Shown here: piece after piece, positions 18,876 to 29,038 of the stretch
Layout of the letters: every line of letters starts with the position of its first letter
Numbering within the stretch: the stretch's first letter is position 1
From: Candidatus Microgenomates bacterium
GTDB lineage: Bacteria; Patescibacteriota; Microgenomatia; UBA8517
Assembly: GCA_049519355.1 (NCBI GenBank)
Contig: JBEKQV010000001.1
Location: forward strand, 193-64,192
DNA: 64,000 nucleotides
Direction of reading: 5' to 3'
The notes under the pieces: generated by a model
Told to the model about the DNA's origin: nothing
Databases searched by the model: none
The model's input: the letters and a program-made list of their open reading frames with translations, nothing else
Position numbers and translations under genes: made by a program

Positions 18876-19810
18876 GCGAGATTTTGGATATACCAATCAA
18901 TGGTATTTTTTAGTCCCTCTTCGAAAGACGTTTTTGCTTTAAAACCAAATTCTTTATTTGCCAGTGAAACGTCAAGCATTCTTCTGGGTTGTCCGTTCGG
19001 TTTCGTCCTATCCCAAACAATTTTTCCTTCAAAACCACTTAACTTCTTAATCAGTTTTGCCAAATCACGGATTTTAATTTCAAAACCGGCTCCGAGATTT
19101 ACAGGATCCTCTTTGTTATATCTTTCAGCTGCCAAAACCAGTGCTTCAGCGGCATCGTCAACATATAAAAACTCTCGAGAAGCATTTCCAGTCCCCCACA
19201 CAATCACTTCTTTGTCTCCTTTTTGTTTCGCTTCGACAAATTTCCTGATGAGAGCCGGAATTACATGAGAAGATTTCGGATTAAAATTATCCCCCGGCCC
19301 ATAAAGATTTACGGGTAAAAGAAAGATTGCATTGAATCCGTACTGTTGACGGTAAGCCTGCGCTTGAACCAACTGCATTTTTTTGGCAAGCCCGTATGGT
19401 GCATTTGTTTCTTCCGGATATCCATACCAAAGATTTTTTTCTTTAAAAGGAACCGGAGTAAACTTCGGGTAGGCGCAAATCGTTCCCAGAGCAATATACT
19501 TCTTAACTTTCGCGGCTTTTCCCGCCATCATCATGAAAGTTCCCATTAATATATTGTCATCAAAAAGATTTGCCGGAAATTCCCTGTTGTATCCAATCCC
19601 GCCAACATTTGCCGCCAAATGAATTATTATATCTCCCTTCTTGGCAACCTTCAGGCAGTCCTCATATTTCCTAAGGTCATACTCGGGATGCTTAGGAATA
19701 AAAATACTCCTAGGCTTTTTTGCTTTAATTTTTGCAACTAAATGTTTTCCAAGAAAGCCGTTCCCACCCGTAACCACAACTCTTTTACCTGTCCAAAAAT
19801 TTTTAGCCAT
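18872..19810 (-). CDS. fcl: GDP-L-fucose synthase
   Basis: TGGNGFLG, HLAANVGGI, CAYPK, PEETNAPYGLAK, NLYGPGDNF, SHVIPALI, WGTG...REFLYVDD. Confidence 0.92.
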   Translation of the reverse strand: MAKNFWTGKRVVVTGGNGFLGKHLVAKIKAKKPRSIFIPKHPEYDLRKYEDCLKVAKKGDIIIHLAANVGGIGYNREFPANLFDDNILMGTFMMMAGKAAKVKKYIALGTICAYPKFTPVPFKEKNLWYGYPEETNAPYGLAKKMQLVQAQAYRQQYGFNAIFLLPVNLYGPGDNFNPKSSHVIPALIRKFVEAKQKGDKEVIVWGTGNASREFLYVDDAAEALVLAAERYNKEDPVNLGAGFEIKIRDLAKLIKKLSGFEGKIVWDRTKPNGQPRRMLDVSLANKEFGFKAKTSFEEGLKNTIDWYIQNLA

Positions 19811-19866
19811 TTTCCAAAAAAGAAACTAAAAGAAGTATAAACGAAAGAGCGTAAAAAGCAAAAAGG

Positions 19867-20862
19867 CTATCGGCAAATTTTTTCGTAAAGTGCAAGGGTT
19901 TCCATGGCAGTCTTTTCCCAACTGTAAACCCGTGGAAGTCTTACATCTCTATTAGGGCTCAGGATTGCCCCTGCTATAGCCTTAGCGTTGTTAGGATCAA
20001 CATATTTTAGATCGTCACCCAATATTTCAACAAGGGCTTGAGTTTTCGAAGCGGCAAGAGGAGTTCCACAGGCAACCGCCTCAAGTGCCGGAATGCCAAA
20101 CCCTTCGTACAAAGAAGGTTGAACATAAACCGACGCCAAATTATAAATCGCAACCAAATCACTGTCGGGAACAAAACCCAATCTAATTACGCCGGACCAG
20201 TCAATATTCCTTAAATGCCTAAGTTCCGGGTGGTTTAGATCCAACTTTTCAATTTCTTTCGTCTGCTTACCAGCCATAACAAGCGGAATCTTGGCAATTT
20301 TACAAGCTTCAACCAAAGTTGGAATATTTTTATTATAATTCACATCCCCGACATACAAAGCAAACCGACTTGGTAATTTATATCGGTTTGTAATTTCCGT
20401 TTTCCATTTCCCGTTTTCAATTTTTCTGTATGCCTTCGGTGGCGCCAGGTAAGTTACATTAACTATCTCCGGATTAACTTCCAAGAATCTGCAAATATCT
20501 TTTTTGGATGTTTCCGTAATGGTAATAATTGCGTCCGCATTTTTTAATATCAATCGTTTATTCCTAATCCAATTAATTTTTCCCCTTACTCCCGGAGGAA
20601 AATGCGAAGGATAAATTAGAGGTATAAGATCGTAAATTGTTAATACAAACTTAGTATTCTTAGGCTTTAGCGGAGGCAACGAAACAAAAAAAGGATTAAA
20701 ACGGGTAAAATGAACCAAATCATATTTACTCAAATCTTCTTTCGAAACATCAACTCCCTCTATTTTCAAAGCTTTGAGAAGCTCACGGGTATATACACCA
20801 ATTCCGCGAACCGCATCACCACCGTTGAGAGGCCCCGAATCAATCGCAACTTTTGGTATCAT
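19867..20862 (-). CDS. GT4 glycosyltransferase (MtfB-like)
   Basis: RGIGVY, TIYDLIP, KNIPTL, PSLYEGFGIPALEA; start adjusted to MIPKV (ATGA overlap). Confidence 0.88.
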   Translation of the reverse strand: MIPKVAIDSGPLNGGDAVRGIGVYTRELLKALKIEGVDVSKEDLSKYDLVHFTRFNPFFVSLPPLKPKNTKFVLTIYDLIPLIYPSHFPPGVRGKINWIRNKRLILKNADAIITITETSKKDICRFLEVNPEIVNVTYLAPPKAYRKIENGKWKTEITNRYKLPSRFALYVGDVNYNKNIPTLVEACKIAKIPLVMAGKQTKEIEKLDLNHPELRHLRNIDWSGVIRLGFVPDSDLVAIYNLASVYVQPSLYEGFGIPALEAVACGTPLAASKTQALVEILGDDLKYVDPNNAKAIAGAILSPNRDVRLPRVYSWEKTAMETLALYEKICR

Positions 20863-21959
20863 AGATCCTTCCAATTATATCTTTTTAGAAAAGAAAAGAG
20901 CAAAGATGAAAGATCCAGATAAAGAAATGGCAAAATTATTATAAAATAGCGCGTAAACGGAACCTCGGTGCTAACTAAAATAAGGTAGATTATTGGTAAA
21001 ATGTAAAAGAAAAATTTGATATCTTTTAATTTTGTTTTCAAAACCAAAATTAGTGAAGCAAGCAAAGATACCGGCCAGAAAAGACTCCAAACACTCGACC
21101 TTACCACCCCGTTTTGCCACCAGGGTGCGAAATAACCGGATAAAAATAGCAAGATCGATCCTCCCCATGAACCGGCTGAATTATGCGTAATCATAAATTT
21201 TAAAACCCTTCCTTCGAATAGAAAAATGTTAAACAGTCCCCCGGCTTTAATAAACGATACCGTGTAAGTTAAAGAGAAAACTACGGCCGCAATAACGAAG
21301 CTTGTTAAGATTTTTCTGAAATTAATCTTTTCTTTTTTAATGAGAATTTTATATCCAAAGATTAAAAATATAAAAATCAGCACGGTTGACCAAAATTTTG
21401 AAGCAGCAAAAAGTCCCAGAGTAATTCCCTGCAAAATAAAATTTTCGGGATAAAAAAATATCAAAATGATATACGAAAGCGCAAAAACTGCCTGTCCCAG
21501 ATCAAGAAGAGCCTCGTTCATCATACCAGAAAAAACAGGGTCAATTAAAAGCAGTAAAACGCCGACAAAAGAAAGCCAAGCATTTTTGAAAAGTTTCATT
21601 CCTAGTATAAAAGTCAAAAAAAGCAAAAGAAGCGCGAAAATTACTTGAATATAAAACGGATTTCCAGTTAAAAGTGTCGAAAAGCCGAAAAGGTACTTCA
21701 TAAGAGGAGGGTGCTGAAAATTATATTCCGTCGGATCCGTCCCCTTTGCATATAGATAACCTGTTGCAATATAAATATCGTTATCTGATATAAAAATCCT
21801 GTCTTTAATTTTTCCCAATGAATCTTCAATGTCCTGAGAGCGTAAATATTGTGGAACTAAATTCAAACTAAACTTATATTTAAAAATGTCCTGATGTTTT
21901 ACAAAAAGATAAATAAAAAAGAGAATCGTTATCAAAATATACGGAAGAATTTTTTTCAT
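20859..21959 (-). CDS. GT-C glycosyltransferase, PMT/GT39-like, lacking a soluble C-terminal domain
   Basis: SDNDIY...NFQHPPLMKY (PMT-like HPP), LLD, ASKFW, TRYF; multi-TM. Confidence 0.75.
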   Translation of the reverse strand: MKKILPYILITILFFIYLFVKHQDIFKYKFSLNLVPQYLRSQDIEDSLGKIKDRIFISDNDIYIATGYLYAKGTDPTEYNFQHPPLMKYLFGFSTLLTGNPFYIQVIFALLLLFLTFILGMKLFKNAWLSFVGVLLLLIDPVFSGMMNEALLDLGQAVFALSYIILIFFYPENFILQGITLGLFAASKFWSTVLIFIFLIFGYKILIKKEKINFRKILTSFVIAAVVFSLTYTVSFIKAGGLFNIFLFEGRVLKFMITHNSAGSWGGSILLFLSGYFAPWWQNGVVRSSVWSLFWPVSLLASLILVLKTKLKDIKFFFYILPIIYLILVSTEVPFTRYFIIILPFLYLDLSSLLFSFLKRYNWKDL

Positions 21960-22822
21960 TGCGTCAGATATTTAAAATACGCAATCGGAAAATGCATCGA
22001 GGAAAAGAAACTCCAAAGAAATCCCCCGGTTCCGTCCAAAAAACCGAGATGGCGAAAGTAGAGATTAAAAAGAGTATACTTGGGCTTCAATATTGTATAT
22101 AAAATAAAATTCCAGGAGTTCTTGGGAACCACTTTGGATTTTAGTTCTTCCGCCTGAAGATCTGTATAACGGTTAAAACGCACTAAGTACCGTGCAATTG
22201 TCGGTGAATCATAATGATCAAGATCGTTTTCAAGCCAGGAAACTTCTCCGTCGAGTTGCATTTGTTCGTGCACTGATTTTTGCGGAAAGTTTGCTTTTCC
22301 ATTTCTGACGAGACGAATAACGCCGTCAGGGTAAACCCCAGCATGGATTAACGGCTTCCCTAAAAAAATATTTCTTCTTGGAATAAAAAATCCTACCACC
22401 TCCCAGGTATCTTTCCCAATTTTTCCGTCTCTTGCTTCAATCAAGGCTTGATGTCTTCTAAAAAGGCGGGCTTTTCTTCCATCTTTAATTTTCCGGTTCC
22501 TTATTTCGTCATTTGACATGTTGATGACTTCTTTAATTTCGGTTGCAAGCGCTGGGGTAACAACCTCGTCCGCGTCCAGCTGCAATATCCAGTCTCCTGT
22601 AGCCTTTTCCAAAGCCTTTTCCTTTGTTATATGAAAGATCGAATGATGAGGCTCAAGAAAGACTTTTGCACCGTATTCTTTAGCAATATCTCCAGTTCTA
22701 TCCGTTGAATATTCATCCACCACAATAATTTCATCGGCAATCCCTTTCACCGACTCAAGGCACCTACCGATACTCCCCTCTTCGTTTCTCGTTGCCAAAA
22801 CTACGGACAATTTTTTATTCAT
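21956..22822 (-). CDS. GT2, WaaE/KdtX-like, with ~37-aa basic insertion
   Basis: TRNEE, VDEYSTDRT, WILQLDADE, PRRN, YPD...RL, VHE, RYT. Confidence 0.85.
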   Translation of the reverse strand: MNKKLSVVLATRNEEGSIGRCLESVKGIADEIIVVDEYSTDRTGDIAKEYGAKVFLEPHHSIFHITKEKALEKATGDWILQLDADEVVTPALATEIKEVINMSNDEIRNRKIKDGRKARLFRRHQALIEARDGKIGKDTWEVVGFFIPRRNIFLGKPLIHAGVYPDGVIRLVRNGKANFPQKSVHEQMQLDGEVSWLENDLDHYDSPTIARYLVRFNRYTDLQAEELKSKVVPKNSWNFILYTILKPKYTLFNLYFRHLGFLDGTGGFLWSFFSSMHFPIAYFKYLTQ

Positions 22823-22823
22823 A

Positions 22824-24197
22824 TTATTTTGAAACAATATCAGATAAGCCATAGTATTCCGCGACAGTCCGATTTGTCCAATTATCTGGATATCCTTTAA
22901 TCTGAACTGAAGGAATTAATCCATTTTCCGGAAGTTTAGGAACCGTTATGGTTCCTTTTATATGTTTTAGGGAATCAATTCTAAGTAAGGATATCATATT
23001 GTCATACGCCAAACTATAACTTCGGGCAATATAAAAGTCCGTTCCAAGAGACGATTCTATCCTAAACGATGAAAAAATAAACAAAAAAGCTGCCCCAGAA
23101 ATTATCAACCTAAATATTGGAAAACGCTCAGCCCTAAGCAGTGCAAAAACCTGACCTAAATAAAAAGCCGCAATTTCAAGACTAACCAGCAGTATAAAAG
23201 CCAAGGTTATATCCGACCTGTCAGGAGGAATCCTTCCCAAAGTTTTAAAGGCCGGCAAAACATAAATGACGCTTAAAAATACTGGCAAACTCATGGCTAT
23301 GAAGGTTTTACTGATTGAAGTTTCTAAACTAGTCTCTGCAGATTTAAAGGTTGAAAAAAGATATGCTAAGCAGCCAAAAAGTGTCAGGATAAACAAATAG
23401 TTTCCGGCAAAAATTGAATAAAGAATACTCGGGCCTGTCTGCAAAGAATATAGTATAGCGCCTCCCAGACTCATCGGATTTGATCCTCCCCCAACAAGCC
23501 TGACTCTGTTTCCCGGCGCAAAATAAACAACGGCAAATGATCCCCATGACACCAAGAAAAGCAAAGCCGCCATTGGTTTCATCTTTTTAGCACAAAATGA
23601 ATAGGTCAAGAAACCCATGGTTACTACAACAATAAGAGTAGCCACAGTTTCATTACCCCCGACCGCCAAGAAAAGAAAAAGAGAAGCCAAAACGTAGGAA
23701 AAAATTTTATAATTTCTAATTAGAACAATACCAATTACAAAAACTAAAAAAATAATCGGCCACAAATAAGTTACGCTCCCCGATAGCCAATACCAGCTTT
23801 CAGACTTGTTGGGTGTCAAAACGTACAACGAGACTAGTGAAATCAAAGAAAAAGTCACTATATACAAAATATTTTTTTGAACGGAAATCTTGCGGAATAT
23901 AATCAATAAAGAAATAATAAAAACTCCCAAAGTAACAAGAGAATATATTAGAGTTTTACTATTCACACCCGACATTAGACTGAAAAGCATTTGTAAAAAG
24001 GTTGAGGTAAATCGTCCGGTCCAATTTATATACCAATTTTTCTCAGCACCGAAAAAACCCAATCTTTTGGCCATGTCAGCATAACTGAAGTCGTCGGCAG
24101 CCATTCTTCCGAAAGGAATAATCGAAAAAAACTTAATTAGCCCAAGCACCACACCCGTCAAAACGGAAAAAACAACATATTTAGATAATTTTTTCAT
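22824..24197 (-). CDS. DUF6056-like multi-TM putative GT-C glycosyltransferase
   Basis: ADDFSY, WYINWTGRF, YWLSGSVTYLW, GGNE, APGNRVR. Confidence 0.7.
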   Translation of the reverse strand: MKKLSKYVVFSVLTGVVLGLIKFFSIIPFGRMAADDFSYADMAKRLGFFGAEKNWYINWTGRFTSTFLQMLFSLMSGVNSKTLIYSLVTLGVFIISLLIIFRKISVQKNILYIVTFSLISLVSLYVLTPNKSESWYWLSGSVTYLWPIIFLVFVIGIVLIRNYKIFSYVLASLFLFLAVGGNETVATLIVVVTMGFLTYSFCAKKMKPMAALLFLVSWGSFAVVYFAPGNRVRLVGGGSNPMSLGGAILYSLQTGPSILYSIFAGNYLFILTLFGCLAYLFSTFKSAETSLETSISKTFIAMSLPVFLSVIYVLPAFKTLGRIPPDRSDITLAFILLVSLEIAAFYLGQVFALLRAERFPIFRLIISGAAFLFIFSSFRIESSLGTDFYIARSYSLAYDNMISLLRIDSLKHIKGTITVPKLPENGLIPSVQIKGYPDNWTNRTVAEYYGLSDIVSK

Positions 24198-24211
24198 TTA
24201 TGACTTTATCT

Positions 24212-25819
24212 CTACCACTCGGATTCGTGAGCCGATACTAAAAAGTATGCATCAGAGCCATCTGGATATTTTATCAAATCTTTTATATCAAATGACGATC
24301 TATACATTAACCCATCATATTGGCTTGGTGTAAGAACGTAAAGAACAAATGGAAGAGGTTGGCTATTTATGGGGTCCCAACCCGAAAATTGGAAAATCCC
24401 GAAAGATTGGGCAACATTATAGCTTTTGCTCTGGCTCTCATCATAAACAACAGTTCTGAGATAATCCTGAACGGGGTAATGGAGGTAGTTCAAAATAAAA
24501 ATGTAGGGTTGTTGTCTGTCTTTAGTCATATAGACCCTTTCATACTCGGGATGGTCTTTAATATAAGTGGCAATTTGCTTCATACCATACTGCCACTCAA
24601 TGGCATCCTTTTTGGCATATTTCGTATAGTAATAATTCAAGTAACTTGAAAATTCCCAAAGCATCGGCACAAATGCCGCAATAACCAAAGCACCCTGAAA
24701 CATTTTATTTTTAAAAAGATTTACAATACTATACAGTCCATAAGCGGCTATTAGTTGTTCGCTTCCCATGATAAAAAGCCCTCTAGCCGCATTTGGTGTT
24801 GTCCCCGCTAAAGTTCCCGGTATCGGAGCAAGCGCTATCCAGCCAAGAAGCACTAGCCACTCTTTCCTCGGTTTAATTAACATTGCCAAAATTCCCATAA
24901 GCAGTAATAAAGCATCGATTTGATAAAACTCCCCGAAAAATTTTACCGAATTTCTTGGATTTTGGTCACCGCTAAGAAAAAGGTAATCTACTGAGAAATA
25001 TTTCGGATAATTACTAGCCGCAATCTGGGCAATTCCCAAGTACTTATTTCCGGTTTTCTTAAAAAGGCTTGTGGCTTTAATCATATCCTCACCAAACATT
25101 GTTTGCTGGGCCCTGGCAAAACCGAGAAGCTTGGGGTTTAAGGCAAAACCTAGAATAAAAAAACCAAGGATAAGTCCGCTAACAATAAGTGCCTTCTTAT
25201 TTTTAATCAAATCTTTAAAGTACAAAATACAAAGAAGAATGATCATCGGCGGCACAACAACAATTGAAGATTGATAAGAATATAAACTCAATCCAAAACC
25301 TAAAAAGGCCAAGGGAAAATACCAATGGTTCTTTTCTTTCCCCAGATAAAAAAACAGTAGACCAAAAATAAAGAAGAAGAATGCAAAATTTACTTCCCAC
25401 AATCCTCTAGAAAACTGTAAATGATATGGCGATATCGCCAAAAAAATCGCCGCCAGGTATGCCGGAAGATCTTTTTTAAATAAACTTTTTGCTAAGAAAA
25501 ATATTACGGCAACCCCAAGTACCCCAAAGACAGCGCTGGGAAAACGCGTACTAAAATCGCTAGGCCCTATAAATTTAACAAATACGGCATCTATATAAAT
25601 ATGAACCGGGTGCTTATCATCGTAAAAGGATTGAAAAACCAAAGGAAATTTGTGACCCCATTCGTCAACTCCCCAATTGGCAATCGTATAAGCATTGTAA
25701 CCCGCATCTACCTCGTCCCAGTTTAATGACGGGGGAATTTGGTCAAGTTTGTAAATCCGGAGGAATGCAGCGCCAACCAAAATAGCGAAAAGAATATAAT
25801 ATTTAAGATTTTTTTTCAT
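24212..25819 (-). CDS. GT-C glycosyltransferase family A (PMT_2/ArnT-like)
   Basis: PPSLNWDEVDAGYNAY...DEWG, TRFPSA, ISPYH..FSR, WQYG, QPYIF. Confidence 0.85.
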   Translation of the reverse strand: MKKNLKYYILFAILVGAAFLRIYKLDQIPPSLNWDEVDAGYNAYTIANWGVDEWGHKFPLVFQSFYDDKHPVHIYIDAVFVKFIGPSDFSTRFPSAVFGVLGVAVIFFLAKSLFKKDLPAYLAAIFLAISPYHLQFSRGLWEVNFAFFFFIFGLLFFYLGKEKNHWYFPLAFLGFGLSLYSYQSSIVVVPPMIILLCILYFKDLIKNKKALIVSGLILGFFILGFALNPKLLGFARAQQTMFGEDMIKATSLFKKTGNKYLGIAQIAASNYPKYFSVDYLFLSGDQNPRNSVKFFGEFYQIDALLLLMGILAMLIKPRKEWLVLLGWIALAPIPGTLAGTTPNAARGLFIMGSEQLIAAYGLYSIVNLFKNKMFQGALVIAAFVPMLWEFSSYLNYYYTKYAKKDAIEWQYGMKQIATYIKDHPEYERVYMTKDRQQPYIFILNYLHYPVQDYLRTVVYDESQSKSYNVAQSFGIFQFSGWDPINSQPLPFVLYVLTPSQYDGLMYRSSFDIKDLIKYPDGSDAYFLVSAHESEW

Positions 25820-27348
25820 CTAGAATAAATCCAAAGGGAAACTGTTCCGTTCAAATTCTTGATTTCGCCAACAGGGTTAACCCCTTTTATTTTGTCATCG
25901 TTACTGGCAAAAACCAGTGTATTTTTTTGCAAATCGGTGAGCTGAATCTTCTTAAAAACAAATTTACCAAAGCTTTCTACTGTCGAAAAACCCCAATTAT
26001 TTACGGGGTTATACATCACCGTCTGCCTAAAAGAATTAGGGTCATATTTTAGATAAAAAAGCGCAAATATATACGGCTGGGCATAATCGTCTGAGATAAT
26101 TACCTTATTATATTTTGCAAAATCATTTTTGTATGTCAAGAAAATTTCCTTATATCCATATTGCCAATCCCCCGAATTCTTTTGGGAATAACTATTAATA
26201 AAATGCCAAAAGTTGAGACCGAATAAAACTAAATATAAAATCACAACCAATACCAGCACAACAGATTTATAAATCTTGGGAATTATTTGAATAAAATAGT
26301 TTAACCCAATGGCACAAATAATCGCCAAGGCTGGAGCAAATAATATTGCTCTTAAAGCGTGCGGTGATTGTGTAGTTATTGCTGCAGGAATTGGAGAAAG
26401 AATTAATAAAAAAAATGGTAAATAAAGTTTTAAATTCCTTTTCTTGAAAATATATATTAACCCGAAGAAAAATAGCGGCAAATCCACTAAATAAACTTCC
26501 CCGTTCCCAAACCCATTGCTACGGGAATTGCTATCACCCGAGATAAATAGAAAGTTGAGACTATAATGAGAAAGATAATTTCCCGTAATTTGCGGGATGC
26601 TTGAAAGCTTTAGTGGAACCCCTACGGTACTTAGCCTAACTGCACCGGCATCATACTTATACAATCGATATATCGGTATAACGGAAACCAAAAGGAATGC
26701 AAAAGATATGATTAGTGGTACTACATAATTCTTCATTTTGCTTCTGTTAGTTAACAAAAATACAGGAACAGTAATTAAAAGAAATAAAGGCAAAATTACT
26801 CTAAAAGAGTTGTAGCTGTAAATTGAGCCGATAAACGAAAAGGATGCCACGATAAACCATTGAGGATTATCAAGAGCGAGAATAGATAAATATATCCCAA
26901 GGAGAAAAAACATCACTCCTGCCGAAGCTTCGTACCCTACCCTTGAAAAAATGAAAAACCATGGTGAAATTGATATAAAGAAGGCAGAAAAAAGAGCCGC
27001 AGATTTATTTTTCGCTATTTTCAAAGTAAGAAGAAACAAAATAATTACCGTTCCCAGGGAAAAAAGCACAGCGGGAAATCTGACACTAAATTCACTAAGT
27101 CCAAAAAGTTTTACAAAAATAGCGGTTGTATATATATAAACAGGTAGCTTAAACTCACCAAAGGCCCGAAAATGTACCGGAAGGATTGCCCCCCACTCAT
27201 CTTTTAAATTTTGCGAAATAGAATAGGCGTTATAACCAATCGAAGCCTCATCCCAATAAAGTGAGGGCGGGCTTTTGGTAATTCTAAATAAACGGGTGAA
27301 AAGAAAGAGAGCAACAATTAGACTCAGCAGAAGATACAATTTCTTCAT
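25816..27348 (-). CDS. GT-C glycosyltransferase family A
   Basis: PPSLYWDEASIGYNAY...DEWG, VRFPA, ISPW...SR..YE, PHALR, WQYG. Confidence 0.85.
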   Translation of the reverse strand: MKKLYLLLSLIVALFLFTRLFRITKSPPSLYWDEASIGYNAYSISQNLKDEWGAILPVHFRAFGEFKLPVYIYTTAIFVKLFGLSEFSVRFPAVLFSLGTVIILFLLTLKIAKNKSAALFSAFFISISPWFFIFSRVGYEASAGVMFFLLGIYLSILALDNPQWFIVASFSFIGSIYSYNSFRVILPLFLLITVPVFLLTNRSKMKNYVVPLIISFAFLLVSVIPIYRLYKYDAGAVRLSTVGVPLKLSSIPQITGNYLSHYSLNFLFISGDSNSRSNGFGNGEVYLVDLPLFFFGLIYIFKKRNLKLYLPFFLLILSPIPAAITTQSPHALRAILFAPALAIICAIGLNYFIQIIPKIYKSVVLVLVVILYLVLFGLNFWHFINSYSQKNSGDWQYGYKEIFLTYKNDFAKYNKVIISDDYAQPYIFALFYLKYDPNSFRQTVMYNPVNNWGFSTVESFGKFVFKKIQLTDLQKNTLVFASNDDKIKGVNPVGEIKNLNGTVSLWIYSR

Positions 27349-28997
27349 ATTTTCTGAACAATTTGGAAGTCCCCCTTACCGTCAAGGAAATTAATCTGAT
27401 CTAAAATCGGGGTACCTACAGGAAAATCGCCAGGTTTACCGATAAAAAGAATCTTTTTGCCGGGATTGGCTTTGAGTACATCCTGATAATGAGTTCCCGA
27501 ATCTCCCAGATCAGGAAAGTAAAACTTATCAAACTTTAAAACCCATTCCCAATTATTGGCTATAAATCTATCCAAATTAGGATTATTTTGATATTTAGCC
27601 GGATCATATTTCAAGTAAAAGAGCGTAAACATATACGGCTCGCCATATGTGCGGGACATTACAATTAGATCGTAGTTATTGTAATTCTTCTGGATATAAG
27701 AAACGGCTTGCTCATAACCATATTGCCAATCTTCGGAATATTTGTATGGGTAGACATCGTAAAAAAGATAAAGATAATGATAAAAATTGTAAGCCGCAAA
27801 AACTATCGTTGCACCCCAGACTATATAACTAATTATTTTCTTGTCCTTAAGCCATAAATATGTTTCATAAATTCCATAGGCGGTAATCATCTCGTAAAAC
27901 GGCTCGGCAATTATAGTACGCAATGCATTAGGGATACTGTCATCCGTTGTTGCAACCGGGATAAAAGCAATAAGAAGCCAACTTATAAGTAACCACCTAA
28001 AGGGTGATTTCTTTTTGAAAAGGAAATAAAGTCCCAAAAGAATGAAAGGTGCTTGAAATTGATAAAGTTCCCCCATTCCCTGAACATTATGTTGCTTGTG
28101 CCCCGCGCCGGAAATAAATAAGAAATCGGGGGTAAAATGGGCCAAATAGTTCTCGGTAAAATACATACTTACATAAGTCACCCTGTTATAGATAAGCCTC
28201 GTTAAAAGCGGGGGCAGTTTTGAGTTATTCCTAGCTTGATCGATTCTTGGAATCAGTCCCGGATCATTAGTAATACTAACCAACTTATAACGGTCAGTTG
28301 CCTGCCCATTAAGTACAATTGGAACGAGGGGTGCTACCAAGACAAATAGTAAAATCGCTGCAGCAACGGCAAACTTAATATTTTTAAGAAATTCTTTTCT
28401 GTAAATAATTAAAATCGCGAGAAGGAAAAGCGGTGTAAAAACTCTGGCACTATTGTATGTATAAACTGAAATTGCAAAAGGGACGGCAGATACTATCCAA
28501 TAAATAGGTTTTTTAAATCCCAAAATCAGAAACCAAAGACCGAGAACCACCCAAAGAACTGAAAAAGACGACTCAAAAGAGACCCGGGTTAGCTGAATAT
28601 GCCAAGCCGAAGTCGCAATTAAAAGTGAAGTGAGAAGCGCAACACTTTTCTTTTTAAATAAGACGTAAGTTAGAAAATAAGCAGTCAGAACCGTTAGTAC
28701 TCCGTAAATAACTGGCGTAATCCTGACGGAAAAATCATTTAATCCCAAGAGGGCTATTGCCGGAATTGAAGCGTAAATTTGAGCAGGAAGTTTGTATTCG
28801 CTATAAGATTCAAAATTTAGGGGAAGTTTCACTCCCCATTCATCCTTCCCTGTTTTAAGAATCGAATAGGCATTATATCCGATTGCAACCTCATCCCAAT
28901 TTAACGAGGGTGGATCGGAGGTAAGCTTGTAGAACCTTAAAACAAAAGCCAGCAACAAGACTGCGGCCAAAAGAATAGGGTAAATTATCTTTTTCAT
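27345..28997 (-). CDS. GT-C glycosyltransferase family A
   Basis: PPSLNWDEVAIGYNAYSILKTGKDEWG, PNALR, WQYG. Start MKKII preceded by GGAG; 29009 is the alternative start. Confidence 0.85.
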   Translation of the reverse strand: MKKIIYPILLAAVLLLAFVLRFYKLTSDPPSLNWDEVAIGYNAYSILKTGKDEWGVKLPLNFESYSEYKLPAQIYASIPAIALLGLNDFSVRITPVIYGVLTVLTAYFLTYVLFKKKSVALLTSLLIATSAWHIQLTRVSFESSFSVLWVVLGLWFLILGFKKPIYWIVSAVPFAISVYTYNSARVFTPLFLLAILIIYRKEFLKNIKFAVAAAILLFVLVAPLVPIVLNGQATDRYKLVSITNDPGLIPRIDQARNNSKLPPLLTRLIYNRVTYVSMYFTENYLAHFTPDFLFISGAGHKQHNVQGMGELYQFQAPFILLGLYFLFKKKSPFRWLLISWLLIAFIPVATTDDSIPNALRTIIAEPFYEMITAYGIYETYLWLKDKKIISYIVWGATIVFAAYNFYHYLYLFYDVYPYKYSEDWQYGYEQAVSYIQKNYNNYDLIVMSRTYGEPYMFTLFYLKYDPAKYQNNPNLDRFIANNWEWVLKFDKFYFPDLGDSGTHYQDVLKANPGKKILFIGKPGDFPVGTPILDQINFLDGKGDFQIVQKI

Positions 28998-29038
28998 CTC
29001 CACTCTCATGTTAACAGCTTCAAAACGGCAAGTAAAAT

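Noticed and set aside
24212-29009. WQYG in family A as an equivalent of the OST WWDYG motif
   Set aside because: It sits at the start of the C-terminal domain, before the first helix, and lacks the Asp; the family C motif fits the OST context much better.
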